The position numbers were made by a program, and so were the translations under genes. From a bacterium (lineage in GTDB: Bacteria > Hinthialibacterota > Hinthialibacteria > Hinthialibacterales > Hinthialibacteraceae): a stretch of DNA of 64,000 nt. Under the pieces are notes generated by a model. That model was not told the DNA's origin. It was given only the letters and a program-made list of their open reading frames with translations, and searched no databases. Position 1 is the first letter of the stretch; each line of letters begins with the position of its first letter. Where the stretch lies: assembly GCA_963662285.2 (NCBI GenBank), contig CAXXMV010000002.1, positions 1,248,001-1,312,000 on the forward strand, read 5' to 3'. Shown piece after piece: positions 27,831 through 37,468 of the stretch.

Positions 27831-28922
27831 TCAGGATAATTCTTTAAGATAACTAAGATAACTATCGGCTGTTTTGAAATAAAATAATTTATCTCTTCCT
27901 GTTAAATCAACGTACCTTTGAAATATTAATGGATTGGGATCAATAATACTAAACTCTTTTAAATTATTGTTTTTCCTGATAGTTCTTCTAAATAAATTAG
28001 CACTTTCAAAGTCATTTGAGGGGCAAGAGTAACCAAAGACTACGATTTTACTAGCAAATTTTAAGGCGGTTTCGGCTTCATTCCATAATGGCTTTAAATC
28101 ATTGTGTAGAATTCCTGCCTTGTGTGTAACTGGAGGTATGACAATAGGAAATGTTAACTTTCTTGAGCTTGATTTCATCTTCATATCAGTATCGATTATA
28201 GTTCTTGGTGTAATCAAAAAAGCACGATTTTGATCAAAAATAGATTCTTTTGATAATTCTCTTTCAGTGTGTAATGAATTCCAATTTAGAGAACCATGAA
28301 GTTTAAACAAACGAATTCCTTGATCATTTGAGTCTCCTGCCAGGAATTTTTTAAATCCTTCAGGTGGTTTACTGAGTTTACAATTGGAATCAGAAAGCCC
28401 ATAACAATAAGGGAAATTAAATATCTGCCCATATCGTTCTTTTCTTTTAGTTGATTGAATTTCATTAAGTATTTTCTCTATTTGAATATCTTGATTAAAC
28501 GTAATAATAGTGATTTCTTTTGGGAGTATACCACTATCAATAGCATTTGTAATAATCCTATAAAGTTTGAAATAGCAAGTTGGTTTGAGATTATTTGTTG
28601 TATCAGCAATTCTTTTATTGAGGATTCTGATTAAATCACGAAACGCGGGAAATGCCTGATCACTTAATCCTGAGTTAAATATATCTGCATAAATAATTGA
28701 CATTATTGATTCTAAACTATCTAGGTCGGGATTAGTAGGATCAAAACCGTAAGTCTTGTCAAGATATTTTTTAATATTATCGTAATATTTATAACGAGAT
28801 ACTCCTTTGAAAAAACCTTGATCAAGAGGTGGTTGAATTCGATTAGGTTTATTCGTTGCTTCACAGCGAGTGGCTCCTGCTCCCACTATTACTAATAATT
28901 TTGTTGTCCGAATTTTTCTCAT
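27831..28922 (-). CDS. SIR2-like domain protein, AT-rich
   Basis: VIVGAGAT, ITFNQD, KLHGSLNW, IVIPP, IVVFGYS, IIDPN. Confidence 0.8.
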   Translation of the reverse strand: MRKIRTTKLLVIVGAGATRCEATNKPNRIQPPLDQGFFKGVSRYKYYDNIKKYLDKTYGFDPTNPDLDSLESIMSIIYADIFNSGLSDQAFPAFRDLIRILNKRIADTTNNLKPTCYFKLYRIITNAIDSGILPKEITIITFNQDIQIEKILNEIQSTKRKERYGQIFNFPYCYGLSDSNCKLSKPPEGFKKFLAGDSNDQGIRLFKLHGSLNWNSLHTERELSKESIFDQNRAFLITPRTIIDTDMKMKSSSRKLTFPIVIPPVTHKAGILHNDLKPLWNEAETALKFASKIVVFGYSCPSNDFESANLFRRTIRKNNNLKEFSIIDPNPLIFQRYVDLTGRDKLFYFKTADSYLSYLKELS

Positions 28923-28979
28923 TTTTCTATTATCTTATTTCTCCGTTGAACCTATTTTTACAAAAGAAATCTCATCAAA

Positions 28980-29018
28980 GGTGGGCTACGCCGCTTTGCG
29001 GCTTTTAGCCCACCCTAC
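28980..29018. repeat. GTAG-type REP hairpin
   Basis: Minus strand GTAGGGTGGGCTAAAAGCCGCAAAGCGGCGTAGCCCACC: GTAG tetramer plus GC-rich palindrome. Confidence 0.75.
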
Positions 29019-29028
29019 GATATAATCA

Positions 29029-29655
29029 TCACTGGTTGCTCCATCCGGCGTGGTAGAATTGTTCGAAGTATTCGGTGCCGCTGCCTTTGCGGAATTCCCA
29101 GATGTACCAGATATCGCCGTTGCTGGCTACGCCGTTGCTTGAAGCGTAGGCTGCTGGTCCCTGGCTGCGGTGCCAGTCGCCGCTGTCGCTGTCGGGTCCG
29201 GCGGCGGATAGAAGACCCCAGCCGCCGTCTTTGTTGGAGCATCCATAATCTTCATAAGAATAGAAAAGACCTTTAGCGAAGGGATCGACCGGAATGGAAC
29301 TTAAATAGGAGATCGGCGTAGTCAGCGGCTGGTATATCCGGCCATCGAATCGCATGGTTCCCTGACCAGCCACCATTGTTATACCGCTGTCAGATGCCGT
29401 TTTGCCGAAATATTCTCCAGTGGGGCAGCATTCAGGCGTCCCATCGCAGTCGTTGCTATCAATCAACCAGCGGTTTCGATCCAGATGCATCATCTCGGTG
29501 GCGTTTAGGATGGTTCGCATATCGGCCATAGTGCGTGAAACCTTGGCGCGGACTTGGGCGTTCAAGAAATTGGGTACGGCAATGGCGGCCAGGATTCCGA
29601 TGATTGCCACAACAATTAACAGTTCGATCAGAGTAAAGGCTTTGGCTTTGGTCAT
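29029..29655 (-). CDS. prepilin-type N-terminal cleavage/methylation domain protein
   Basis: KAFTLIELLIVVAIIGILAAIAVPNF (F+1, E+5). Confidence 0.9.
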   Translation of the reverse strand: MTKAKAFTLIELLIVVAIIGILAAIAVPNFLNAQVRAKVSRTMADMRTILNATEMMHLDRNRWLIDSNDCDGTPECCPTGEYFGKTASDSGITMVAGQGTMRFDGRIYQPLTTPISYLSSIPVDPFAKGLFYSYEDYGCSNKDGGWGLLSAAGPDSDSGDWHRSQGPAAYASSNGVASNGDIWYIWEFRKGSGTEYFEQFYHAGWSNQ

Positions 29656-29906
29656 GATTTCAACTCTTTCGTCTTTAGATATCGATATTCAAAGACATAT
29701 TACGGACTAATTGTTTAGTAATCATTAACTTATCATATTCGGAAACGAAGAAAAAGGGCGCTTCTTTGTTATAGGATTTGATCATCTATATCGCAGTGAA
29801 TGCTGATCAATCGTTGTACAGAGGTTGATATTATGTTGTGAAATGTATTATCTTTGGTATGGTTGCAAAATACAACCATATTTATGGGAAGGATAAAAAT
29901 ACTGCT

Positions 29907-31163
29907 ATGGGTCAATTATACCGCCTGAGTTTTATGGTGCTTTATTTGTCTATCGGTTTTGTTGAGGTTAACGCTGTTGAGCAATGGGAGGCGGAAGTTC
30001 TGCCATCAGAACGCTTTATTACTCAGGATGAAACATCCGGGGCTAAATTGATTTTCGTCACCCGTTCTGAGGCCAGCGACGTCAACGCCTATTTCCATCA
30101 ACGCGCATGGCTCAAGGATGAATCGGTGCTCTTTTTCTATAGCGACCGGACGGGGCGCAATGAGGTCTTCGGTTATCTCGAAGAGACCGGCGAATTGATC
30201 CGTTTGCAGCGCGACGGCGACGAGCATATAGATAATTTCACCGCCGGATTATTCGATAATGTATTGTATTTCGCGCGCGGTAAGAAAGTTTATCAATGGC
30301 GCTTGAAGGTTACGGTCTCTCCCAATCCCGCAGAGCAGAGATCGAAAATTGAGGTAACCGAGCTTTTAGTGGCCCATTTCCCCCCGGATGCGGGAGACCG
30401 GATGCTGGGCATCAGCGAGAGTAGCTGCGGCGAGGGCATCGTGGTGGCATTCAACAGCATCGGGCCTCATGCAAACCGGATAGTTTGGATTGATAAAAAG
30501 ATCGCAGAGGCTCATGAGATAGCGGCGGTTGATTATCCCATCACCCATATTCAGTGCAGCTGGGAGACGCCGGATTTGGTCAGTTTTGCCAGGGAGTATC
30601 CCGGAGAGGGAAGCGACCGGGCCATGAATATCCCCACCAATGGCGAGATGCGCGCGCGGATTCATTTAGCCGATTTAAGCGACCGCTGTCCGTGGCCCGT
30701 TTATCCACAAGTCAAAGGCGAACTGGTGACTCACGAATCATGGTGGGTGCATGATCAGATAATCTTCTGTTCGGGAGAGAACAATAATGGCCACGCCGAA
30801 GAGGCGCATGTCAAAGTTTATGATCCACGCATTAACCGCACTTATATCATTGGTCCCGGTTCATGGTGGGAAGGATGCACTCCCGAAGAGGTTTCCAAGG
30901 TCAACTACTGGCATTCATCCGGTTCGCCTGATGGAAGATTCGCGGCGGGAGACAACTGGCATGGCGATATTGCCCTGTTCAGCGCAAAAACAGCGCGCAC
31001 CAGGATACTAACCCAGGGACACCGCACCTACGGCAAAGGCGCTCATCCCCACGTCGGTTGGAGCCCCTCAAGCAGCAAACTGCTATTCGCCTCAAACCGT
31101 TTCGGCAATGTAGACGTCTGCATCGCTGTTATGCCGGATGAGTGGCTTAATACGAATTGGTGA
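29907..31163 (+). CDS. secreted oligogalacturonate-lyase-like / TolB-like beta-propeller
   Basis: Signal peptide; YFHQRAW, FYSDRTG, THESWW, WHSSGSPDGRF, HPHVGWSP..LLFASNRFG. Confidence 0.7.
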   Translation: MGQLYRLSFMVLYLSIGFVEVNAVEQWEAEVLPSERFITQDETSGAKLIFVTRSEASDVNAYFHQRAWLKDESVLFFYSDRTGRNEVFGYLEETGELIRLQRDGDEHIDNFTAGLFDNVLYFARGKKVYQWRLKVTVSPNPAEQRSKIEVTELLVAHFPPDAGDRMLGISESSCGEGIVVAFNSIGPHANRIVWIDKKIAEAHEIAAVDYPITHIQCSWETPDLVSFAREYPGEGSDRAMNIPTNGEMRARIHLADLSDRCPWPVYPQVKGELVTHESWWVHDQIIFCSGENNNGHAEEAHVKVYDPRINRTYIIGPGSWWEGCTPEEVSKVNYWHSSGSPDGRFAAGDNWHGDIALFSAKTARTRILTQGHRTYGKGAHPHVGWSPSSSKLLFASNRFGNVDVCIAVMPDEWLNTNW

Positions 31164-31254
31164 AAACCAAACAGGAATGAATGGAGCAAAGCGGAATTTC
31201 GTCTCATCTTTGGATAACAAAATTGAAAAAGGATTAATGGATATTAGAGAAGAG

Positions 31255-31284
31255 CCGGGGCGCAGAAAATATCCTGCGCCCCGG
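31255..31284. terminator. hairpin between convergent genes (likely bidirectional terminator)
   Basis: CCGGGGCGCAG-N8-CTGCGCCCCGG. Confidence 0.7.
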
Positions 31285-31306
31285 TTTATATTTTGCGCCC
31301 TATTTG

Positions 31307-32818
31307 CTATTGCCGTCCACCTCTAATTTTCATTAGTTTTTTCAATAGGCGTTTAGCGGTTATGGGGTGTTGCGCGATTACATCAGTCGTCTCGGATGGA
31401 TCGTTTTTTAGGTCGAACAGGGTATATGGTTTTTGGAATGGCTTGCCGCCGGGTTTTTCGCGTCCGCCGGAGCCGTTGCTGAATACCATTTTCCAGCGTC
31501 CCTCACGCAACGCGAATGTGCCGTTGACTGAATGATGAATGACTGGCGGTCTGTTGATATCCTTAGTTCTGCCTTCGATGATGGGCAGCAGGCTGAAACT
31601 GTCTTCGCCGACGTTGTGAGGCTTTGCGTATCCGGTTATCTCTGAGCAGGTGGCGAAGAAATCGGTCAGACATATCGTCGCGTCGCTTTTGGTATCGGCT
31701 TGGGCGACTCCCGGCCAGCGCACTATAAATGGTACGCGATGACCCGCTTCCCAGATGTCGGCTTTGGTGCCGCGTAAACGTCCATTGGGCTGGTGGTTGG
31801 ATGGCTTAAAGCCTTGAATGGCTGGCTGATCAACATGATCCGGCTCGTTCTCGTTTTTGCGGAACATATAGGAGCCGTTATCGCTGCTGTAGATCACCAG
31901 CGTTTCATCTGCCACGCCCATCTTATCCAGCGCCTTCATCACCTGACCGACTGACCAATCCACCTGATGTACGAAATCGCCATAAGGGCCTTGCGCGGTT
32001 GAGTTCTTGAAGCGGTCTTCGGGCCATACCGGTTTATGCGGCGCGGTCAGCGGGAAATAGAGGAAGAATGGATTGCTCCTAGGAGCGCTGCGCTCGATAT
32101 AATCAACCGCCTTTCCTGTCAGTGTATCCAAAACCTTACCCGGATCGAAATCCTTGGCTTTGGGGCCTTGGCGCACGTACTTGGGGAAATCTAATTTCTC
32201 TTGAGTCTCGGTGACTGGCTGCACCAGTTCATGGTTGTGCAGGAATGTATAGGGAATCATATCCAGAGATGCGGCCACTCCGAAATACTCATCGAAGCCG
32301 ACGTCGGTCGGACCATGGTTAATCGGTTTATTGAAATCGACCTCGCCTTGCGCGTCACGTCCCCATCCAATGCCCAGATGCCACTTGCCGATGCAGGCGG
32401 TATTGTAACTGTATTTTTTCAACATACCCGCCACTGTCAAACGCTTATTTTCGATCAGCGGCTCGTCATTGGGAGGGAAGAGTACGCCGCTCTTCAACCG
32501 TGAGCGCCAGCAGTAGCGTCCGGTCAACAGACCATAGCGGGTGGGAGTGCAAACCGCTGAACCTGAATGGGCATCGGTGAATTGGATACCCTGCTTGACC
32601 AGAAGATTGAGGTTTGGCGTGGGTACTTTAGATTTTGGATTGTAGGCCTGGATATCGCCATACCCCATATCATCCGCCAGGATAAAGACGATATTGGGCA
32701 ACGATTTCGGTTTCCACCCACCAGCCGTCTTGCATTGCGGCCCGGAGCATCCAGCAACGCTCACCGCGCCCAGCGATAACATAAGATTCTGTAAAAAATT
32801 CCGCCGCTCCATAATCAT
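31307..32818 (-). CDS. arylsulfatase (S1, Cys-type), Tat-exported, possible lipoprotein
   Basis: RRNFL Tat motif, VAGC, PNIVFILADDMGYGD, CTPTRYGLLTG, GKWHLG, SSDNG. Confidence 0.95.
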   Translation of the reverse strand: MIMERRNFLQNLMLSLGAVSVAGCSGPQCKTAGGWKPKSLPNIVFILADDMGYGDIQAYNPKSKVPTPNLNLLVKQGIQFTDAHSGSAVCTPTRYGLLTGRYCWRSRLKSGVLFPPNDEPLIENKRLTVAGMLKKYSYNTACIGKWHLGIGWGRDAQGEVDFNKPINHGPTDVGFDEYFGVAASLDMIPYTFLHNHELVQPVTETQEKLDFPKYVRQGPKAKDFDPGKVLDTLTGKAVDYIERSAPRSNPFFLYFPLTAPHKPVWPEDRFKNSTAQGPYGDFVHQVDWSVGQVMKALDKMGVADETLVIYSSDNGSYMFRKNENEPDHVDQPAIQGFKPSNHQPNGRLRGTKADIWEAGHRVPFIVRWPGVAQADTKSDATICLTDFFATCSEITGYAKPHNVGEDSFSLLPIIEGRTKDINRPPVIHHSVNGTFALREGRWKMVFSNGSGGREKPGGKPFQKPYTLFDLKNDPSETTDVIAQHPITAKRLLKKLMKIRGGRQ

Positions 32819-32959
32819 TCTTCCCTTTCTACGATCATATCACTTGTCATATATATGGATTTGGACAGAAACATTATGGCATAGAATTGGCGGTTTGTTG
32901 GGTGGAATCTAAAAAAAAAGGTTTTAACTATATCAAAAATAAAAAAAAGAATTTTTTTC

Positions 32960-32999
32960 TTGACACCTACTACGATTTGTTGTACTACTATATGTAGTA
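32960..32999 (+). promoter_or_regulatory. sigma70-type promoter with tandem BlaI-type operators
   Basis: TTGACA at 32960; TACTAC-N5-GTTGTA (32968-32984) and perfect TACTAC-N5-GTAGTA (32983-32999) directly upstream of blaI. Confidence 0.75.
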
Positions 33000-33010
33000 T
33001 ATAGGGAAGG

Positions 33011-33412
33011 ATGGGTTGTGACATGACTAGAAAAGGTTTTGATGATCTCAGTGACATGCAAAAAGAAGTGTTGGATATCTTGTGGAATTTAGAGGAGGCT
33101 ACTGTTCACGATGTAATCGCCAAACTAAATCGAAAGAAAGCGCCAGCCTATACAACCGTTCTCACAGTCTTGCAACGATTGGAGAAAATTGGCTGGTTGA
33201 AACACCGTATCGAAGGGAAATCTAATGTGTATCATCCTACCCGGGCCCGTGAACAAGAAGCCTCCCGTTCTATCAAGCGCCTGGTAAACCAGATTTTTCA
33301 TGGCGATTCCAGTTTGCTATTTCAGCATCTTATTGAAGAAGAACTCAGCAGTAACCAACTCGATAATCTACGCAAGATGATCGACAAAAAACGCAAGGGA
33401 GATGAAAAATGA
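33011..33412 (+). CDS. BlaI/MecI/CopY family repressor
   Basis: LSDMQKEVLDILW...AYTTVLTVLQRLEKIGWL...LVNQIFHGD. Confidence 0.92.
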   Translation: MGCDMTRKGFDDLSDMQKEVLDILWNLEEATVHDVIAKLNRKKAPAYTTVLTVLQRLEKIGWLKHRIEGKSNVYHPTRAREQEASRSIKRLVNQIFHGDSSLLFQHLIEEELSSNQLDNLRKMIDKKRKGDEK

Positions 33413-36033
33413 GTATGGAATTGTTAGGCAATAACATCATTGGAGATATTATAATCCGCTCATCACTGTTCCTTATAGCAGGATTGGCAATAAGCTGGCT
33501 TTACATGCGCAGGCCTTCTCAGGCGCACCGGATATTGCTTTTGACTTTGCTGGCCGCTCTATTGTTTCCCATTATTCAGTCAATTGCCTGGTTGACGCCC
33601 TTGCAAAATTATGTCACCGCGGTTGAAATCCCGACTCCAAAACTGGAAATCCAATGGAACGCTGACAAAGCGGTGTCGCCGAACCAGTTTGCGATCAACC
33701 AACTTCCCCAATCGACGCAAAAATCCAATTCTATGCCTAGTCTTAATAATCCGTGGAAAAGCGCTTCGATAAATACACATGACGTTATTCCAAGCAGTAC
33801 TCCACAATATTTTTCTACCTTTTTCTGGGTCATAGTGATTTGGGGATTGCTTTCACTCTTTGTCAGCATACGCGCCATAGCGGCGTTGGTGCATTCACTC
33901 AAAATTTTCAAATCACTAGTCCCGATGCATTCAGTGGAAATCGAATCGGCTTCCAGGAGAGCGTTAAAACAATTAGGGTTATCGAATACGCCCTGTTTTT
34001 ATCAGTCCAATGTCATACGTTGTCCCGTAATCCTCTGTTGGAGAAAAATTCCACAGGTTGTCTTTCCTACGGCTATGCTGGAAGATGGCAAAACTCACGA
34101 TTGGTATGGAGTGCTGCTGCATGAATACGCCCATTTGAAGCGCGGCGATCATCTGGCGGAACTCATTGCGCTGCTCACCACAATAGCGTTTCCCTGGAAT
34201 CCTTTGGTCTGGTGGGTCAAAAACCGGCTTGGTTGTTATAGCGAACAATCCTGCGATGATTGGGCCTTGGCTAACGGCAGTGATTCAGCCGAATACGCTG
34301 AGACGTTGCTTAATCTTTTTCCGCAGCCCAAACATGCTTTTTCACTTCCTGCGGTAGGGCATCGTAATAATATTGAACGCCGCATTGTGCGTATTCTCGA
34401 ATCCACCTCTCCTTCACCTTTTCTAAACTTACGGTGGTCGCTTTCGACCGTTTCGCTGACTATGGTTTTGCTTGTAGTTTGTTCTCTCTTTCAACCCATA
34501 TACGCCAGCATCACCAGCGGTAATTCGACTTTCGATTATTCTGCGTGGGAATACCTCCAACTGACAGACGCTCCTCCGGTGCTCATGCCTATGGTGATCA
34601 ACCTGGTTGAATCGACGGCGCCTGATGTAAAAGATAGCGGGGTGTGGAACGGAAGCCCCCAATCAACCAAATTACAACTCAATATCCAAACCGAGGAAGA
34701 TAAGTTGAAAGGCGACATCATCGTAGGATTTTTCGATTCGGTAGACAGAATTAACCCGCCGCTGCACGTCCGCTCATTCTCACAAGCGGGAAGCCATATT
34801 CTTAACGATATCCCTGCTGGAGAATATCACATTGGCGCAATGATCTATCAAGCCAATGATTTGTTTGAGAATGACTGGTATGAAAATCCTTCCGCCATTG
34901 GCGTTATAAATAATTGGCCCAATCCGCTTCGAATACAAAGCGATGTTGCTTTGAATGTCGACCTTCATTTGTCATCGGAAATGTATGAGCGGCATCGAAG
35001 TACGAATGTTGGAGTTACAATAGACGACTATTTCAATAGCCGACGCATGAAAACTGAAGAAAGCGTGAATCCGCTGGTTATGATTCAAACCGTGGATAGT
35101 CAGGGCGCCCCGGTTCCCTATTGCAGCGTTGTTTTTACCAGCAAGGATGAAGAGGGCAATAACCGTTTTTTTTATAAAGTTCTTACAGACCGTCTGGGTT
35201 TCGGCTATACCACCAAACTTGATTCATATTATGCGGTCAGCGCCCAACGTTACATTATGATATATGAACAGATGATTGATTTATATCAATATCGAAGCGA
35301 CAGCCGGGTTTATAAGGTGGGAGAAGATAATGTAATTCAATTCGTGTGGGAACCGTTTCCTGAAGGGGAAGGGCGAATTGAAGGAAATGTTTTTGATCAG
35401 CATGATGATCCATTGGATGGATACTATATCACATTGAAGCAGGAAAAAGGCGAACGTTTGAATGAAAAGGTGGATTATCTCTATATGCATGTCCACATTC
35501 CGGTTGCTAATCCCAGCGGGAAATTTGAGATTGCCGGATTGCCGTTGGGGCATTATTACGGACTGGTGCGGGCGCTTGATTATCCCCTTTATGTTTGTGA
35601 TGCTCCTGAGCAGATATTCCCGGAATTCGACCTGGTTGCCAATGAACCATTTTCACTGAATGTCGAAGTGGAAAAGAAGCAAGCCTATTATGGAAGAATG
35701 CTTTACCCGAATGGCGAACCATTGTCTGGTGGATCATATTGCGTGTGGTTCAGGAAATACTCGCAAGAAGAAATGAACGAACATGGCAACTTTTTTCCAG
35801 GTGAATTATTCTCCCAACACTTGAATAATGATGGCTCATTTCGCGTGGCGCTTTCAGGAACAGAACTGGCTAAAGTGAACCAGAACTTTAATGGAAAAAT
35901 TGAAATCAAAGATCAAAATGATAATTTATTCGAGGTCGCGTTGAACGATCTTTCGCGGGATGCGGAAAACCCTGCGGATATTGTTTTCCTTAATGCCAGC
36001 ATGGTTGAAGAGCCTACAAGTCTGCACCAATGA
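33409..36033 (+). CDS. BlaR1-like M56 metallopeptidase with large extracytoplasmic C-terminal region
   Basis: ATGA overlap with blaI; TM helices; LLHEYAHLKRGD, FPWNPLVWW, EQSCDD, YAETLL; C-terminal beta-rich domains without a penicillin-binding signature that I could see. Confidence 0.88.
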   Translation: MSMELLGNNIIGDIIIRSSLFLIAGLAISWLYMRRPSQAHRILLLTLLAALLFPIIQSIAWLTPLQNYVTAVEIPTPKLEIQWNADKAVSPNQFAINQLPQSTQKSNSMPSLNNPWKSASINTHDVIPSSTPQYFSTFFWVIVIWGLLSLFVSIRAIAALVHSLKIFKSLVPMHSVEIESASRRALKQLGLSNTPCFYQSNVIRCPVILCWRKIPQVVFPTAMLEDGKTHDWYGVLLHEYAHLKRGDHLAELIALLTTIAFPWNPLVWWVKNRLGCYSEQSCDDWALANGSDSAEYAETLLNLFPQPKHAFSLPAVGHRNNIERRIVRILESTSPSPFLNLRWSLSTVSLTMVLLVVCSLFQPIYASITSGNSTFDYSAWEYLQLTDAPPVLMPMVINLVESTAPDVKDSGVWNGSPQSTKLQLNIQTEEDKLKGDIIVGFFDSVDRINPPLHVRSFSQAGSHILNDIPAGEYHIGAMIYQANDLFENDWYENPSAIGVINNWPNPLRIQSDVALNVDLHLSSEMYERHRSTNVGVTIDDYFNSRRMKTEESVNPLVMIQTVDSQGAPVPYCSVVFTSKDEEGNNRFFYKVLTDRLGFGYTTKLDSYYAVSAQRYIMIYEQMIDLYQYRSDSRVYKVGEDNVIQFVWEPFPEGEGRIEGNVFDQHDDPLDGYYITLKQEKGERLNEKVDYLYMHVHIPVANPSGKFEIAGLPLGHYYGLVRALDYPLYVCDAPEQIFPEFDLVANEPFSLNVEVEKKQAYYGRMLYPNGEPLSGGSYCVWFRKYSQEEMNEHGNFFPGELFSQHLNNDGSFRVALSGTELAKVNQNFNGKIEIKDQNDNLFEVALNDLSRDAENPADIVFLNASMVEEPTSLHQ

Positions 36034-36050
36034 TTTAACGGGGGAAACGT

Positions 36051-36668
36051 ATGAATCGTTTTGCCTTTACTTTGGTTGAGTTGCTAATTGTAGTCGCCAT
36101 TATCTCTATACTGTTGGCAATAGCGATCCCTGCTTATCGCAATGCAGTGGTTAATACTAAACTTGCCCGCGCCAAAGCAGATATGGAGGCCATTCACAAA
36201 GCTGTAACTATGGAATTTTTAGACGATCCTCAAAGAAAAAAAGTCGACAGGGGGCCATATTGCGGTATTTATAAATCTTTAACCTCACCCATTCCATATT
36301 TAACCAGTGTGGATCAAGCCTTTGATGTCTTCGGGAAGAAAAAACTGAAACAATACATTGATAATCCTTTTGAAGAGGCGCTTACAGATAATCTATGCTA
36401 CCAATTCTACTGGGGATTATTTGGAATAACGAAGATGAATCTCACGCCGCCCGATAATAATATTCAATGGATCCAGTACAGGATTGCCCTGGGGCCGGAT
36501 GAAATTTGGCGGCGTGGAATAGTAGGAGATATAGACCGTGTCCCTTATATGTTTTACTATCGCGGCGATGCTTATGATCCCAGCAATGGGATCATATCCC
36601 GTGGCGATCTGATGTATACCAACTATGATTTAGACCGAATTTTTGTTGATTACGACCAATTTCCTTAG
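36051..36668 (+). CDS. prepilin-type N-terminal cleavage/methylation domain protein
   Basis: AFTLVELLIVVAIISILLAIAIPAY; starts 17 nt after the M56 gene. Confidence 0.88.
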   Translation: MNRFAFTLVELLIVVAIISILLAIAIPAYRNAVVNTKLARAKADMEAIHKAVTMEFLDDPQRKKVDRGPYCGIYKSLTSPIPYLTSVDQAFDVFGKKKLKQYIDNPFEEALTDNLCYQFYWGLFGITKMNLTPPDNNIQWIQYRIALGPDEIWRRGIVGDIDRVPYMFYYRGDAYDPSNGIISRGDLMYTNYDLDRIFVDYDQFP

Positions 36669-36673
36669 AGGGA

Positions 36674-36835
36674 TTATAGTAGTCGTATTCGTTTGATTAC
36701 ATCGGCGGCAGGCTGGACTTTACTTTGTTTGTCACCGAGGGTGAGGATTTTGAGGGGAGCCATGGTTTGCTGCATTTGCTGATAGTTTTCATCATCCTGT
36801 ATAATCACTATGGTTTCTCCTGTTTGAGTTTTAAT
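36674..36835 (-). pseudogene. Phd/YefM-family antitoxin remnant (N-terminus lost)
   Basis: IKTQTGETIVIIQDDENYQQMQQTMAPLKILTLG..KVQPAADVIKRI resembles the C-terminal part of Phd/YefM antitoxins (ITQNGEAKxVxQDxxSYE...LLKILALG...KVxPAxDV); recognised from memory. Confidence 0.55.
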
Positions 36836-36843
36836 ACAAGAAC

Positions 36844-36873
36844 CGCCCGGTAGGATTTGCATCCCGCCGGGCG
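36844..36873 (-). terminator. terminator hairpin after the glycine-zipper lipoprotein gene
   Basis: Minus strand CGCCCGGCGGGAT-GCAA-ATCCTACCGGGCG followed by GTTCTT. Confidence 0.6.
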
Positions 36874-36899
36874 ATTTATATTTGGTATTGCTGGTTCGA

Positions 36900-37241
36900 T
36901 TAACGCGGGGCGGTGTTGTATTGCGGTTGTTGCTGGACAACCGGGGTGTAGCCTTTGGGCGCTGTACTCTGGGCTGCTCCTGCGTTATATCCTGCGTTGT
37001 AACCTTCCTGGCGTCCTGCTTCCTTTTGGCTGTTCAGGCCGTCGTTCAATAAGGCGCCGCCTAAAGCGCCTACTCCAGCGCCGATCAGGGTGGATTCAGT
37101 ATTGCCGCCAATCAGCTGACCTGCGATGGCGCCAGCGCCGCCGCCCCACATGGCGCCGCTCTGCGCTGCGGTGGTCTGGCATCCTGATGCTAATAATCCG
37201 ATACTTGCTACCAGCATTAAACCTTTCCAGTATTTCAACAT
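36900..37241 (-). CDS. glycine-zipper lipoprotein
   Basis: Lipobox LASGC; GAMWGGGAGAIAG and GAGVGALGGAL zippers; AGGAG RBS. Confidence 0.85.
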   Translation of the reverse strand: MLKYWKGLMLVASIGLLASGCQTTAAQSGAMWGGGAGAIAGQLIGGNTESTLIGAGVGALGGALLNDGLNSQKEAGRQEGYNAGYNAGAAQSTAPKGYTPVVQQQPQYNTAPR

Positions 37242-37468
37242 TGCGTAATCTCCTTTATAAATGGAAAATAATTTTAGGTCTTAATTATTACTTTTTGTTC
37301 GACGAGATATTTTAGAGAAAAATTCCCTTCTGGATTTTTCTATATAAATTTTATGTATTACGAATAATCCTGTTGGTCATATATTATATCGCTATTTAAA
37401 CGTTTTCGGCTAGAAAAAGAAACGCATGAATCGATAATGAAGATTATCCATAATTAAGGAAGAATACA

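Noticed and set aside
20100-29020. Integron cassette array in the AT-rich region
   Set aside because: No integrase and no convincing paired RYYYAAC/GTTRRRY attC sites; the hairpins fit REP-like elements better.
36857-37315. 152-aa plus-strand ORF
   Set aside because: Antisense shadow of the glycine-zipper lipoprotein, which has an RBS and a lipobox.
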